Source: an uncultured Acidobacteriota bacterium
GTDB lineage: Bacteria; Acidobacteriota; Thermoanaerobaculia; UBA5066
Assembly (NCBI GenBank): GCA_963779415.1
Contig: CAVZYA010000001.1
Coordinates: 192,001 to 256,000, forward strand
Length of the DNA stretch: 64,000 nucleotides
Direction of reading: 5' to 3'
The translations under genes and the position numbers were made by a program. Each line of letters starts with the position of its first letter. Within the stretch, counting starts at the first letter, position 1. Shown piece by piece: positions 31,268-42,555 of the stretch. The notes under the pieces were generated by a model. It was not told the DNA's origin. It saw only the letters and a list, made by a program, of their open reading frames with translations, and did not search any database.

Positions 31268-33271
31268 CTACCGGAGGAAGGCGTACGCCACGAGGAGGAG
31301 CACCCCGAGCGTGAAGGCGAGGGCGTAGTTGCGGACGTTTCCGGTCGTGAAGAACCGGAGGAGGTCTCCGGCCAGCTCCACGAGGAACGCCGAAGCGTTG
31401 GCGATGCCGTCGATGACGAGCGCGTCGACCCCTTTCCAGAGGACGCGTCCGATCTGGCGGAACGGGCCGAGGACCCCGGCCTCGATCCCCTCGTCCACGT
31501 TCCACTTGTTCTTCACGAGCGTCCCGACGATCCCTGCCTTCTCGCAGAAGGCGGCCGCGGCCGGAGAGACGACGATCTGCTCGGGCTTCTGCTGGGCGGC
31601 GTGGGCCGGGGCCGGGCGCCCGACGTACCACTTGACGGCGAGCGCGATCCCGGCGAGGGCCGCCGCGAGAGAGAGCGCCATCAGGGCCAGCTCGGCGCCG
31701 TGGGACATCTCGTGCTCGGGAACCTCCGCGAGCGAGGAGGAGAGGAAGCGCGGGAAGAGGTCGCTCAGGCCGAACGGCACCCAGAGGAAGCCGGAGACGG
31801 CCGCCCCCGCCGCGAGGATCCAGAGCGGGAGCGTCATCGTCGCCGGGCTCTCGTGCAGGTGGTGCTCCTGCTCGTGCGTCCCGCGGAAGTCCCCCGCGAA
31901 GGTCATTCGGACGAGGCGGAACATGTAGAAGGCGGTCATCGCGGCGGTCACGACGCCGACGACGTAGAGGACCGGATGTCCCGCGGCCGCCACCGAGCCG
32001 AGGATCTGGTCCTTCGAGAAGAACCCCGACAATGGGACGATGCCGGCGATCGCGAGCGTGGCGATGAGCATCGTCCGGTAGGTCTGGGGGAGCCGGGGCG
32101 CGAGGCCCCCCATCTTCCGCATGTCCTGCTCATGGTGCATCGCGCGGATGACCGAGCCCGACCCGAGGAAGAGGCAGGCCTTGAAGAAGGCGTGCGTGAA
32201 GACGTGGAACATCCCCGCCGCGAAGGCGCCGACGCCGCAGGCGAGGAACATGTAGCCGAGCTGGGAGACCGTCGAGTAGGCGAGGACCTTCTTGATGTCG
32301 TTCTGCGCGAGCCCGATCGAAGCCGCGAAGATCGCCGTCCCCGCGCCGATCCACGCCACGAGCGTCATGGCGTCGGGAGCGAGGACGAAGACCGTGCTCG
32401 TCCGCGCGACGAGGTAGACACCGGCCGTGACCATGGTCGCCGCGTGGATGAGGGCCGAGACGGGCGTCGGGCCCGCCATGGCGTCCGGGAGCCAGACGTA
32501 GAGCGGGACCTGCGCGCTCTTGCCGCAGGCGCCGAGGAAGAGGAGGAGGCAGACGGCGTAGACGGGGAGCGGAGCGGCGTCCGAGAGCGCGGCGTGCCGT
32601 GCCGCCTCGATGAAGGAGAAATCCGTCGTACCGAAGAGGGCGAGGATCCCGAAGATCCCGAGGACGAAGCCGACGTCGCCGACACGGTTCACGATGAACG
32701 CCTTCTTGCCGGCGGCCGCCGCGAAGTCCTTGTCGTAGTAGTAGCCGATCAGGAGGTACGAGCAGAGGCCGACCCCTTCCCAACCGACGAAGAGGACCGC
32801 GAGGTTGTTCCCGAGGACGAGCGTCAGCATCGCGAACATGAAGAGGTTCAGGAACGCGAAATAGCGGCCGTACCCTTCCTCTTCCTGCATGTAGCCGACG
32901 CTGTAGAGGTGGATCAGCGTCCCGACGAAAGTGACGAACGAGAGCATCATGGCCGAGAGGGCGTCCAGCCGGAACGCCACGTCGACGCTGAAGTCCCCCG
33001 CGAACATCCACGTCCAGACGGTCTGGACGACCGGTACGGTCTCTCCCCCGAGCGCGCGGGCGCCCCACGGGACGAGGGCCCCGAAGGCGAGGACGCCGGA
33101 GAGCCCGACGCTCCCGACGCCGACGACGCCGTGGAAGAGGCGCTGGCCGTACGGGAGCGGCCCACCCGACTCCCCCTTCCGGGCGCGCGCCATCGCGAAG
33201 GCCAGGGCGACCAGCCCGTTCACGACGAATCCGAGGAGGGGGAGCGCCGGGATCCACCAGAGAGGCGTCAT
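31268..33271 (-). CDS. nuoL: NADH-quinone oxidoreductase subunit L
   Basis: WLPDAMAGPTPVSALIHAATMV, THAFFKA. Confidence 0.97.
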   Translation of the reverse strand: MTPLWWIPALPLLGFVVNGLVALAFAMARARKGESGGPLPYGQRLFHGVVGVGSVGLSGVLAFGALVPWGARALGGETVPVVQTVWTWMFAGDFSVDVAFRLDALSAMMLSFVTFVGTLIHLYSVGYMQEEEGYGRYFAFLNLFMFAMLTLVLGNNLAVLFVGWEGVGLCSYLLIGYYYDKDFAAAAGKKAFIVNRVGDVGFVLGIFGILALFGTTDFSFIEAARHAALSDAAPLPVYAVCLLLFLGACGKSAQVPLYVWLPDAMAGPTPVSALIHAATMVTAGVYLVARTSTVFVLAPDAMTLVAWIGAGTAIFAASIGLAQNDIKKVLAYSTVSQLGYMFLACGVGAFAAGMFHVFTHAFFKACLFLGSGSVIRAMHHEQDMRKMGGLAPRLPQTYRTMLIATLAIAGIVPLSGFFSKDQILGSVAAAGHPVLYVVGVVTAAMTAFYMFRLVRMTFAGDFRGTHEQEHHLHESPATMTLPLWILAAGAAVSGFLWVPFGLSDLFPRFLSSSLAEVPEHEMSHGAELALMALSLAAALAGIALAVKWYVGRPAPAHAAQQKPEQIVVSPAAAAFCEKAGIVGTLVKNKWNVDEGIEAGVLGPFRQIGRVLWKGVDALVIDGIANASAFLVELAGDLLRFFTTGNVRNYALAFTLGVLLLVAYAFLR

Positions 33272-33278
33272 CGGGCGC

Positions 33279-33584
33279 TCACCACTTCAGGAGGTTGACC
33301 CGGTCGACCTCGATGGTCTGCCGGGACCGGAAGAGAGCGACGAAGACCGCCAGCCCCACGGCGGCCTCGGCGGCCGCGATGGCGATGACGAAGAAGACGA
33401 TGACGTGGCTCGCGGCGTCCCCCCGCATCCTCCCGTAGGTCAAAAAGAGGAGGTTGACGGAATTCATCATCAGCTCGATCGACAGGAAGATCGAGAGCGC
33501 ATTCCGCTTCAGGAGCGCGCCGACGAGGCCGATGGCGAAGAGGATCGTCCCGGCGGCGAGAAAGGCCGCGGGGGGGACGCTCAT
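33279..33584 (-). CDS. nuoK: NADH-quinone oxidoreductase subunit K
   Basis: IELMMN, AAAEAAVGLA. Confidence 0.95.
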   Translation of the reverse strand: MSVPPAAFLAAGTILFAIGLVGALLKRNALSIFLSIELMMNSVNLLFLTYGRMRGDAASHVIVFFVIAIAAAEAAVGLAVFVALFRSRQTIEVDRVNLLKW

Positions 33585-33607
33585 CGGGGCGACACCGGCG
33601 AGGGGAC

Positions 33608-34126
33608 TCAATCCATCCTCCTTCTCGAGAGGATGAGCGCGCCGACCGCCGCCGCGAGCAGGAGGACGGCCGAGGCCTCGAAGGCGAAGAGGTAGTCGGA
33701 GAAGAGGAGCCTTCCGACGACGGGGATCTCGTCGACGGACGGGATCCGCGCGCCGCCGGCCGGGGACGTGACGGGGGGCGCCCCCGCGCGGAGCGTGATG
33801 CCGAGGAGGAGGCCGCCGAGGGCGAGGCCCGCGACGAGGCCGAGGACCCGCTGGACGGGCCGGCTGTCCTTCTCGCGCGCCTCCTCGTTCAGGTTGAGCA
33901 GCATGATGACGAAGAGGAACAGGACGAGGATGGCGCCCGCGTAGACGATCATGACGATCGCCGCGATGAACGGCGCGGCCAGCATGACGGAGAGGACGGA
34001 GATCCCGAAGAAGGTCACGACGAGGGCGAGAACGCTCCGGACCGGCGTCTTCTGGATCACCATCGCGAGAGCGAAGGCGATCGCGAGGCCGGCCGAGACG
34101 GCGAAGAGAAGGAGGTCGGCGTTCAC
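33608..34126 (-). CDS. nuoJ: NADH-quinone oxidoreductase subunit J
   Basis: VYAGAILVLFLFVIMLL, YLFAFE. Confidence 0.95.
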   Translation of the reverse strand: MNADLLLFAVSAGLAIAFALAMVIQKTPVRSVLALVVTFFGISVLSVMLAAPFIAAIVMIVYAGAILVLFLFVIMLLNLNEEAREKDSRPVQRVLGLVAGLALGGLLLGITLRAGAPPVTSPAGGARIPSVDEIPVVGRLLFSDYLFAFEASAVLLLAAAVGALILSRRRMD

Positions 34127-35154
34127 GGGGCTCCCCCTGTCGAGACGATCCAGGCGACCGCGAGGAGGTTGAGGACCGAGAGCGGGAGGAGAACCTTCCA
34201 CCCGAGGCTCATCAGCTGGTCGTAGCGGAAACGCGGAAGAGTCCAGCGGACCCAGATGAAGACGAAGATGACGGCGAGAGTCTTCGTCCAGAAGACGGCG
34301 ATCGAGACGAGGCCGCCCCAGACGCCCGTGAGCGTCACGAACGGGATCGCCCATCCGCCGAGATAGAGCGTCACGATCATGGCGGAGGCCGCGATCATGT
34401 TCGCGTACTCGCTCATGAAGAACATGCCGAACTTGAAGGCGGAGTACTCCGTGTGGTACCCGGCCACGAGCTCCGCCTCGGCTTCGGGAAGGTCGAAGGG
34501 GACGCGGTTCGTCTCGGCGAAGGCGGCCACGACGAAGACGACGAACCCGACGAACTGCGGGACGCAGTTCCAGACGTTCCGGACCTGCCAGTCGACCACG
34601 GCGGAGGGCTTGAGCGAGCTGGCGGTTACGAAGGTCGCGATCGCGGCGAGGCCCATCGAAAGCTCGTAGCTGATGACCTGCGCCGAGGAGCGGAGCCCGC
34701 CGAGAAGCGAGTACTTGTTGTTCGACGCCCATCCGGCGAGGACGAGTCCGTAGACCCCGACCGAGGTGAGGGCGAAGACGTAGAGGATCCCGATGTTCAC
34801 GTCCGCGATGACGAGCTTCACGTTGCGGCCGGCCACCGGAATGCTGGAGCCGAAGGGGATGACCGCGAAGGTCGTCAGGGCGGGAACGAGGAGGATGGCG
34901 GGCGCCACCGTGTGGAGCAGCTTGTCCACGTAGAGCGGCGTCACGTCCTCCTTCAGGAACATCTTCAGGACGTCCGCGACCGCCTGGAGGAGGCCGAGCG
35001 GGCCGACGCGGTTCGGGCCGGGGCGATCCTGGATCAGGCCGGCGCCGCGGCGCTCGGCCCAGACGAGGTTCGGAAGAAGGGCCGCGAGCATCACCGCCCA
35101 GACGGCGGCGATCTTCGCGATGGCGGCGAGAGCGTCGAAGAGGGCCGGACTCAC
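34123..35154 (-). CDS. nuoH: NADH-quinone oxidoreductase subunit H
   Basis: QDRPGPNRVG, ETNRVPFDLPEAE, PRFRYDQLM. Confidence 0.97.
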   Translation of the reverse strand: MSPALFDALAAIAKIAAVWAVMLAALLPNLVWAERRGAGLIQDRPGPNRVGPLGLLQAVADVLKMFLKEDVTPLYVDKLLHTVAPAILLVPALTTFAVIPFGSSIPVAGRNVKLVIADVNIGILYVFALTSVGVYGLVLAGWASNNKYSLLGGLRSSAQVISYELSMGLAAIATFVTASSLKPSAVVDWQVRNVWNCVPQFVGFVVFVVAAFAETNRVPFDLPEAEAELVAGYHTEYSAFKFGMFFMSEYANMIAASAMIVTLYLGGWAIPFVTLTGVWGGLVSIAVFWTKTLAVIFVFIWVRWTLPRFRYDQLMSLGWKVLLPLSVLNLLAVAWIVSTGGAP

Positions 35155-36855
35155 GGCTTCACGTCCGGCGCAGCCACGGAGGGGCGCGCGAAGACCTCTT
35201 CGTCCGGCCGTGTCTCGAGGCCGAGGACGTCGTAGGCCGAGGTGATCGACGCGGAGGGGGGGTTCCCGACGACCGCGTCGGAGTTCCAGTCGAGGCCCGC
35301 GTATCCCGGTACCGAGCCCTTCATCCGGTCGAAGACCTCCGCCGGGCCCCAGCCCGTCTCGAAGGCGCCGAAGAGCTTCCCGAGGTGAAGGAGGATCTCG
35401 AGGTCGGTCCGGACGATCGGCGGCGGGAGAATCGCGCGGTCGAACCGCTGGACGCGCCCCTCGCGGTTCACGAACGTCCCCTCCTTCCCGCCGAGGTTCG
35501 CGGCGGGGAGGACGATGTCTGCGGCCTCCGAGAGGGCGTTCTTCACCCGCGCATGGACGATGAGGACGGCAGCCGCGCGGAGCAGCGCGACGAAAGAGGG
35601 ATCGGAAGCCCGATCGGTAAATGTCGCGTCCGCGATGTAAAGAACCGACGGGGGAGAGATCTTCTTAGAAAGAAAGAGATCAAACGCAGAGCCATCGCCA
35701 GGCTGGCTGCGCCGAACGCCGGCAGCTTCTGCGCCTTTGGCGTTGGGGGCCGCGACGGTGCCGTGGATCCACTCCGTCCCGCGCTTCATCCGCCGGGCGG
35801 GGCCTTCGTCCACGCGAAACTCCAGGTTCTTCACCTTCAAAGAATCTCTGAACAGCCTGGCAAGCAGCCAGTTCTCTTCGGTGGAGAGACGGGCGGAGCC
35901 AAGGACGATTACTTTCGAAGAATCTTCTTTCAGCGCCCTGTCGACCGCCATCTTGACTTCATCGAGGGCTTCCCCCCAATTCGTTTTCTTCCTTTCCGAA
36001 TTTCCCCCCAAGCGGATCTCGGGCCTTGTGTACCCGGGCTCGTTGAGAAGCTCGGAGCGGAAGCGGCCATAGTCGCAGAGCCAATAGTCGTTGACGGCGG
36101 GCTGGACGCGCGGAGTGGACCGGTAGACGACGCCGTCCTTGTGCTCGAGCGCGAGGTTGCAGCCGATCTCGCAGCCGTCGCAGATCGAGCGGGTCTTGTC
36201 GAGCCACCAGACGCGCTTGCGGAACCGGAACTCCTTCACGGTGAGGGCGCCGACCGGACAGACGTCGGCGGCGCAGGCCGAGAGGTCGTTGTCCAGCGGA
36301 CGCCCTTCGTGCGTCCAGACGAAGGTGTGCCCGGCCCGTTCGACGAAGGTCAGCTCTCCCGTCTCGGAGATCTCGCGGCAGAACCGGATGCAGCGCGTGC
36401 ACTGGATGCAGCGCGTCATGTCGGCCACGACGTTCGGGCCGATGGCCGTCCGGTCGTAACCCGGGAACAGCCGCCGCGGCTCGGACGTGCGGGAGACCGG
36501 GATCCCGCCCTCGACGGCGTTGTCCTGCAGCTTGCACTCGCCGGCCTGATCGCAGATCGGGCAGTCGAGCGGATGGTTGATCAGGAGGAACTCCATCGTG
36601 GCGTTCCGCGCCGCGAGGGCGCGCTCGCTCGACGCGCGGATCACCATTCCGTCGCGGATCGGGACCGTGCACGACGCCTGCACCTTCGGCACCCCGTCGA
36701 TCTCGACCATGCACATCCGGCACTGGCCGACGATGGAGAGCTTCGGGTGGTAGCAGAAGTGGGGGACGTCGACCCCCGCCGCGCGGCACGCCTCGAGGGC
36801 GTTCGACGGCATCGGGGACCTCCACGGTCCGGCCGTCGACCGTGACCTTCGCCAT
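35151..36855 (-). CDS. nuoG: NADH-quinone oxidoreductase subunit G; frameshift near 36812
   Basis: PHFCYH, CRMC, NHPLDCPICDQAGEC, CIQCTRC, CDGCEIGC. Confidence 0.93.
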
Positions 36856-38233
36856 CAGTCGTGAATCCCCGCCGCCGTCCGGTCGGCGACCTTCGAGGAG
36901 ATGTCGCGGGGCGCGGGGAGCGCGAAGTCCGGCTCCCGGGAGGCCGTGATGTACGCCTCGAACTCCTCGCGGAACTTCGAGACGCCGGAGAGGACGGGGG
37001 CGATGGCCGCGTCGGCGAAGACGCAGATCGTCATCCCGTTCCCCATCTGGTTCGCGATCGAGAGAAGGAGGTCGAGGTCCGTCCTCTTCCCTTCGCCGTT
37101 CACGATCCGCTTGAGAGCCTTGTTCAGCCAGGGCGTCCCCTCGCGGCAGGGCGTGCACTGGCCGCACGACTCGTGGGCGAAGAACTTCGAGATGTTCGTG
37201 ACGGCCTTCGGCATGTCGGTCGTCTCGTCCATCACGATGATCGCGGCCGAGCCGAACATCGACTTCGCGGCCGCGAGGCCGTCGAAGTCCATCGGGACGC
37301 CGGCGATCTCGGCCGCCGTGAGCATCGGCGCGGACGCGCCCCCCGGGATGACGGCCTTCAGCTTCCGTCCGCCCGCGGACCCCTCCCGCCATCGCGAGGA
37401 GCTCTTCCCACGGGATGCCGATCGGGGCCTCGTAGACCCCCGGCTTCTCGACGTGTCCGGAGACGCAGTAGAGCTTCGGGCCGGTGTTCCGTTCGTTCCG
37501 CCCGATCCCCTTGAACCAGTCGGCGCCGCGGTCGACGATGTGCTTGACGCAGGCGAGGGTCTCGACGTTGTTGACGACGGTCGGGGCAGCCCCAGGCGCC
37601 CCAGACGGCCGGGAAGGGGGGCTTGATCCGCGGATGCCCGCGCTTCCCCTCGAGGCTCTCGATGAGGGCCGTCTCCTCGCCGCAGATGTAGGCGCCGGCC
37701 CCGCGGTGGACGGTGACGTCGAGGTCGAGGTCCGAGCCGAGGACGTTCTTCCCGAGGAGGCCCGCCGCTTCGGCCTCGGCGATCGCCTCGTTCAGGATCC
37801 GGCGCCCCCTGCCACATCTCGCCCCGGATGTAGATGTAGGCGTGCTTCACCTCGAGGGCGAAGCTCGAAAGGAGGATCCCCTCGAGGACCTGGTGCGGGT
37901 CCTCCTCGATGAGGACCCGGTCCTTGAAGGTGCCGGGCTCCGACTCGTCCGCGTTGCAGAGGAGGTAGACCGGCTTTTCGCCCCGCTTCTCCTTCGGCGG
38001 GACGAAGGTCCACTTCATCCCGCACGGGAACCCCGCGCCGCCGCGGCCCCGGAGGCCCGAGGCCTTCACCATCTCGGTGACCTTCGCGCTCGTCCACTCG
38101 CCCGAGGCGGCTCCGGCGACGACCTTCTTCCACGAGGCGTAGCCGCCGTCGGCGAGGTACGTCGCGAGCTTCGCGCTCGCGGGCTTGCCGACGCGCGCGG
38201 TCAGGACGGGGGGATCGGCTCGAGACCGGCCAT
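36855..38233 (-). CDS. nuoF: NADH-quinone oxidoreductase subunit F; several frameshifts
   Basis: [31 protein letters not shown] across frames. Confidence 0.92.
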
Positions 38234-38792
38234 CTATCCGAGCCTCTTGAGGAAGTCGTCGAGCTTCTCTTCCGTCACGTAGAAGAAGTCGTCCTCGTTC
38301 ACCTGCACGGCCGGGGCCTTGTCGCAACGGGCGAGGCACTCCACCTCGACGACGGTGTACTTCCCGTCGGGAGTCGTCTCGCCCGGCTCGAGGTCCCCGA
38401 GCTTCTTCCGGCAGGCCGCGTAGACCTTCTCGGCTCCGTTCAGGTGGCAGGAGATCGAGGTGCAGAACTGGACGAGGTGCTTCCCGACCGGGGCGCGGTT
38501 GTACATCGTGTAGAAGGTCACGACGCCCCAGACGAAGGCGGGAGAGAGGGCGAGAATCGAGGCGACGTAGTCGACCGCCTCGCGCGAGATCCAGCCGAAC
38601 TCCTTCTGGGCGAGCCAGAGGGTCGGCAGCAGGGCGGCCTGCTTCGTCGGGTAGCGCGCCGACGATCCGGTCGAACGAGGCGCGTGCGTCCGGGCCGAAC
38701 TCCAGGGCCTTCCCGCACGACCGGGCCCCGTGGTCCGCGGCGTGTGGGTTTCCGGGGAGCTCGCCGAGTGGCGTGTTCGCGCCGCCGCTCAT
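38234..38792 (-). CDS. nuoE: NADH-quinone oxidoreductase subunit E; frameshifted
   Basis: TFYTMY, CTSISC, ECLARC..AP. Confidence 0.92.
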
Positions 38793-39152
38793 TACCAGTC
38801 GAACGCTCCCTTCTTCCAGAGGTAGATGTCGCCGAGGACGAGGAGGGCGAGGAAGGGCATCATCGCCCAGAAGGCGGCCCCGCCCCCGTCCCGAAGGACG
38901 ACGGCCCACGGGTAGAAGAAGGCCGTCTCGACGTCGAAGAGGATGAAGATCATCGCCACGATGAAGAACTTGATCGAGATCCGCTTCCGGCTGTCGTCGA
39001 GGAGGGGCATGCCGCTCTCGTACGGCCCCAGCTTCCTGCGGGTCCGGACCTTCCGTCCGACGAAGCGGTTCAGGACGAGGAGGAGGACCGCGATCACGAT
39101 GGCGGCCCCCGAGCATCATGAGGATGGGGAGGAATGGCTGGGTGGTGCCCAT
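38792..39152 (-). CDS. nuoA: NADH-quinone oxidoreductase subunit A; frameshift near 39110
   Basis: PYESG, FDVETAFFYPWA, KKGAFDW. Confidence 0.93.
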
Positions 39153-39160
39153 CGGAAAGC

Positions 39161-39178
39161 TCGTGATACTTTTCACAA
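39161..39178 (-). promoter_or_regulatory. Rex operator upstream of nuoA
   Basis: TTGTGAAAAGTATCACGA versus Rex consensus TTGTGAAnnnnTTCACAA; TTGACG -35-like box just upstream; rex ends the operon. Confidence 0.8.
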
Positions 39179-39207
39179 CCGACCGCGGTTTCGTCAACAC
39201 TTACTTG

Positions 39208-39898
39208 ATGTCGGCAGTCCCGATCCGTCCCGTCGCTCTGATTCCGGCGTTTCGGTGCGAATCGAGCGTTGGGACGGTCGTTGCGGGCGTCCGTCACGTT
39301 CGTCGACGAGGTCGTGGTCGTGGACGACGGGAGCCCGGACGGCACGGCAGCCGCCGCGGATGAGGCGGGGGCGCTCGTCCTCCGCCGGAACGCGAACGGC
39401 GGAAAGGGTGCGGCGCTGCGGGACGGGCTGGCCGTCGTCCTTCGCGCAGGGCTTCACCCACGTCGCCTTCGTCGACGCCGACGGCCAGCACGATCCGGCC
39501 GACCTCCCGCGCCTCCTCGCCGCCGCGGCCGGGGGAGCCGACTTCGTCATCGGGTCGCGCCTCCGGAGCCCGGAGACGATGCCGGCGAAGAACTACTGGG
39601 CGAACACGATCGGCGACAAGGTCCTCGCGCGGATGACCGGCCTTCCGGTGCGAGGACGGGCAGTCCGGCTATCGCGTCGTCTCGGCGGAGCTCCTCCGGC
39701 CGCTCCGGCTCGTCTCCCGCCGCTTCGCCATCGAGAACGAGATCCTCGTCAAGGCGGCGCCGCGCGTCCGCCGACTCGCGATCGTCCCCGTGCGGACGAT
39801 CTACGGGGCCGGGCGGCAGCCACTACCGGCCCTTCCACGACACCTGGATTACTTCGTGGCTCACCGTCTGGTACAAAACGATGGGTGGGGAGTCATAA
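39208..39898 (+). CDS. Glycosyltransferase family 2; frameshifted
   Basis: LIPAF, VVDDGS, GKGAAL, DADGQH, QSGYR, FAIENE across frames. Confidence 0.85.
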
Positions 39899-39905
39899 TC
39901 CTCCG

Positions 39906-40779
39906 GTGTCCGTGCAAGGCCCGTCCTGACCGTCGACGTCGAGGAGTGGTTCCACGTCTGCGGGCACCCGGACTACGGCGATCCCCGGCACGTGGGACGC
40001 CCGCCCCTCGCGCGTCGAACAGGGGGTGGAGCGGATCCTCGCGCTCCTCGCCCCGACGGAGTCGCGCGCGACCTTCTTCGTCCTCGGCTGGATCGCGCGG
40101 AAGGCCCCCGGGGTCGTTCGGCGCGATCGTCGACGCCGGGCACGAGATCGGCTGCCACGGCGACCTCCACCGCCGGGTCGGACGAGATGAGCCCCGGGGA
40201 GTTCCGGGCCGACGTCGTCCGGAGCCGGGACGTCCTGCAGGATCTCCTCGGACGGCGCGTGACCGCCTTCCGCGCGCCCGAGTGGTCGATGCGGACGACG
40301 GACAACCCGGCGTTCGCGATACTCGTCGAGGAGGGATTCGCGCGTCGACTCTTCCCTCGTCGACGCCCCGCCCGTCGGCGTGCCCGGAAACCCGACCCGG
40401 CCGCGTCGTGATCCGGACGCCGTCCGGTCCGATCCTCGAGGTGCCGCCGCTCCTGGGGACGTTCTTCTTCCAGCGAGCGATGCTGGGGCGGAGGGGTCTG
40501 CATGCGGATGACCCGCTTCTCGCGGGTGAACGCGGCCGTCGAGCGCTCTCTCGCCGACGGCGATCCCGCCCGTTCTCTACTGCCATCCGTGGGAGTTCGA
40601 CGAGGCGCATCCGCCGATGCCGGGGCTCACGCTCGTCGAGCGGCTCGTCAAGTTCGCCGGAAGGCGCCGGACTGAGGAGCGGCTCAAGGCCTGGCTCGCG
40701 CGGCACACGCTCGTCGCCGATCTCCTCCGTAGCAGTGTCGCCGGCCGGATCGTCCCGAGAGCACGTTCCTCGAAGGTAG
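39906..40779 (+). CDS. Polysaccharide deacetylase (DUF3473-type); frameshifted, ends approximate
   Basis: TVDVEEWFH, ATFFVLGW, HEIGCHG, FRAPEWS, HPWEFD across frames. Confidence 0.8.
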
Positions 40780-40797
40780 AGACGCAGGGGAGGCGGC

Positions 40798-41775
40798 GTG
40801 ACGTCGTCGGGCAGGGCCGTGTCGTTCGCAGCGCTCTTCCCCGGGCAGCTCTCCGAGAAGGCCGGGATGGGGGAGGCCTTCGCCTCGCGATTCGATTTCG
40901 TCGCCTCCTGGTTCGAGGAGGCCTCCCGCCGGTCGGGGGTCGACCTCGCGGCGACTTTTCTTCGGCGCCGGGGCCCCCGGCCTGCACGACGACCTTCCGG
41001 CGCAGGTCGGCGTCTTCGCGCTCTCCGTCGCGGCCCTCGACGTCCTGGAGAGAATCCACGGGCTCGTCCCGGGCGCCGTCGCCGGATACAGCCTCGGGAC
41101 GTACGCGGCGTTCGTGGCCGCCGGAAGCCTCGATCGCGAAGCGGCTCTCGACGTCCTTCTCGCGGCCCAGCGGCTCCTCGATGAAGACCGTCGAGCGGGC
41201 GGGTCCCGCCCCGGCGGGATGGGATTCGTCATCGGCCTTTCGAAGTCCGCGTCTCGAAGCCGAGATCGGCGGCGAGGAGGTCTCCATCGGAAACGAGAAC
41301 GCCCCCCAGCAGTTCGTCCTGACGGGGCAGAGAGATGCCGTCGGGAAAGTGATCGAGCGGCTGAGGCCGAACGCGCTGAAGGCCGAGATGCTTCCGCTCG
41401 CGCAGTGCATGCACTCGCCGCGTCTCGGCGACGTGACACGGAGATTGAAGATCTTCCTAGAGGGAAAGACCCCTTTACGCACGCCGAAGCTTTCCCTGTA
41501 TGCCCCGATGGTTGGGGCGCGGATCTCTTCACTCGAAGATGATTTCCTCGGTTCTCTCTGGTCAGATCTCGCGTCCGTCGCTCTGGTCTTCTACCCTAGC
41601 GTCGATGGGAGCGGACGGTTTTTCGGTCTTTGCGGAAGTCGGTCCGGGCGACGTCCTCACACGGCTTCTCCGGTGGACGCTCCGGAGCGCGAGAGGGTTC
41701 GTCGTGGAGGACCCGGAATCCGCCGCGGCCTTTGTTCGCGCGATGATCCCGTCGGAGATGGTGGCTCGTGGCTGA
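40798..41775 (+). CDS. FabD-like ACP acyltransferase; frameshifted
   Basis: LFPGQ, GYSLG, NAPQQFVLTG, MHS, EVGPGDVL. Confidence 0.82.
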
Positions 41776-42523
41776 GACTCCCGAAGGCCGGCGGCGCGTG
41801 GCCCTCGTGACGGGGGCGTCGCGTGGAATCGGACGGGCCGTGGCCGAGCGGCTCGCCGCGGACGGCTTCCACGCCGTCCTGACGTATCGCGCCGACGAGA
41901 CCGGGGCGGCCGATGCCGTCGCGGCGATACGGGCCTTCGGCGGGAGCGCCGAAGCGGCCCGCTGCGACGCCGCCTCGAAGGACGACATCGTGGCCCTCGC
42001 CGACCGGCTCGAGTCCGAGCGCGAGGGGGTGGACGTTCTCGTGAACAACGCTGCCGTCCTGAAGAACGGCCTCTTCGCCCTGATGCCCGACGCGAGCTGG
42101 GAAATCGTCCTGAAGACGGTGCTGGACGGCACCTTCCATACGACGAAGGCGGTCATCCGGAGCATGCTGCGCCGCCGCTGGGGGCGGATCGTGAACGTCT
42201 CCTCCCTCGCCGCCTTCTCCGGGAGCGCCGGGCAGACGAACTACGCCGCCGCGAAAGGGGCTCTCGTCTCCTTCACGAAGTCGCTCGCGGCCGAGGTCGG
42301 CCCCTACAACGTCACGGTCAACGCCGTCGCGCCCGGCTTCGTCGACACGGAGATGATCTCCTTCCTCTCGAAAGAGGCCCGGGAGGATTTCCTGAAACGG
42401 ATCCCGGCCCGGCGGTTCGGCCTCCCGGCCGACATCGCGCCCTTCGTTTCGTTCCTCTGCACCGATGGCGCGTCGTACCTCACGGGCCAGACGATACGGA
42501 TCGACGGCGGCTTCGTCGGGTAG
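41768..42523 (+). CDS. fabG: 3-oxoacyl-ACP reductase (FabG family)
   Basis: TGASRGIG, VNNA, YAAAK, VAPGFVDTEM. Confidence 0.9.
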   Translation: MAETPEGRRRVALVTGASRGIGRAVAERLAADGFHAVLTYRADETGAADAVAAIRAFGGSAEAARCDAASKDDIVALADRLESEREGVDVLVNNAAVLKNGLFALMPDASWEIVLKTVLDGTFHTTKAVIRSMLRRRWGRIVNVSSLAAFSGSAGQTNYAAAKGALVSFTKSLAAEVGPYNVTVNAVAPGFVDTEMISFLSKEAREDFLKRIPARRFGLPADIAPFVSFLCTDGASYLTGQTIRIDGGFVG

Positions 42524-42555
42524 CGGCGGGCCCGGATTGGTACACTGACCGCTCA

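Noticed and set aside
26817-33298. Very long opposite-strand ORFs (26817-29798, 29870-33298; also 49316-52471)
   Set aside because: Antisense shadows of high-GC3 genes with no recognisable domains
36800-41600. Dense frameshifts in nuoG/F/E/A, GT2, deacetylase and FabD-like gene as pseudogenes or programmed frameshifts
   Set aside because: Single-base indels clustered by region, motifs intact, no slippery sites evident; best explained by unpolished assembly errors
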